From Octopus sinensis (taxonomy: Eukaryota), in assembly GCF_006345805.1 (NCBI RefSeq), contig NC_042997.1, positions 203,546,001 to 203,610,000 of the forward strand: a DNA stretch of 64,000 nucleotides, given 5' to 3'. The notes beneath the pieces are model-generated. The model saw nothing but the letters and a program-made list of their open reading frames with translations, had not been told where the DNA came from and did not search any database. The number at the start of each line of letters is the position of its first letter. Position 1 is the stretch's first letter. Below are positions 63,920 through 64,000 of the stretch, piece by piece. The position numbers and the translations under genes were made by a program.

Positions 63920-64000
63920 TATTCTTTTACTTGTTTCAGTCATTTGGCTGCTGCCATGTTGGAGCACTGCCTTTAGTCGAACAAATCGATCCCAAGACTT
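63920..64000 (-). mobile_element. SINE 3' end, cut by the window edge
   Basis: Reverse complement ...cgactaaaggcagtgctccaacatggcagcagccaaatgactgaaacaagtaaaag; a fragment of the same motif lies near 44205-44245. Confidence 0.6.

Overview
This is AT-rich, microsatellite-dense animal genomic DNA, not prokaryotic. The SINE, RTE-LINE and MITE families look like those of Octopus (inference from recalled repeats, not from a search). I cannot identify an intact host gene. Most ORF-track entries are microsatellite read-throughs or antisense frames of retroelements. The window is a nested transposon landscape. It holds two RTE-clade LINE families, one with an almost intact ORF carrying a PHD-like finger inside the RT region. 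It also holds CR1 fragments, five fragments of restriction-like-endonuclease retrotransposons (HERO-, R4/Dong- and CRE-like), a DD37D (maT) and a DD34D mariner, several MITEs, tRNA-derived SINEs, a candidate solo LTR and a Lep1-like Helitron. The most notable result is three minimal type I hammerhead ribozyme motifs. Two sit in opposite orientation in the arms of a ~467-bp palindromic element (39353-39819). The third is a perfect-looking copy carried inside a 3.86-kb transposase-less hAT element with an exact 8-bp target-site duplication (49540-53394). All protein-family calls rest on translation by eye and motif recall.
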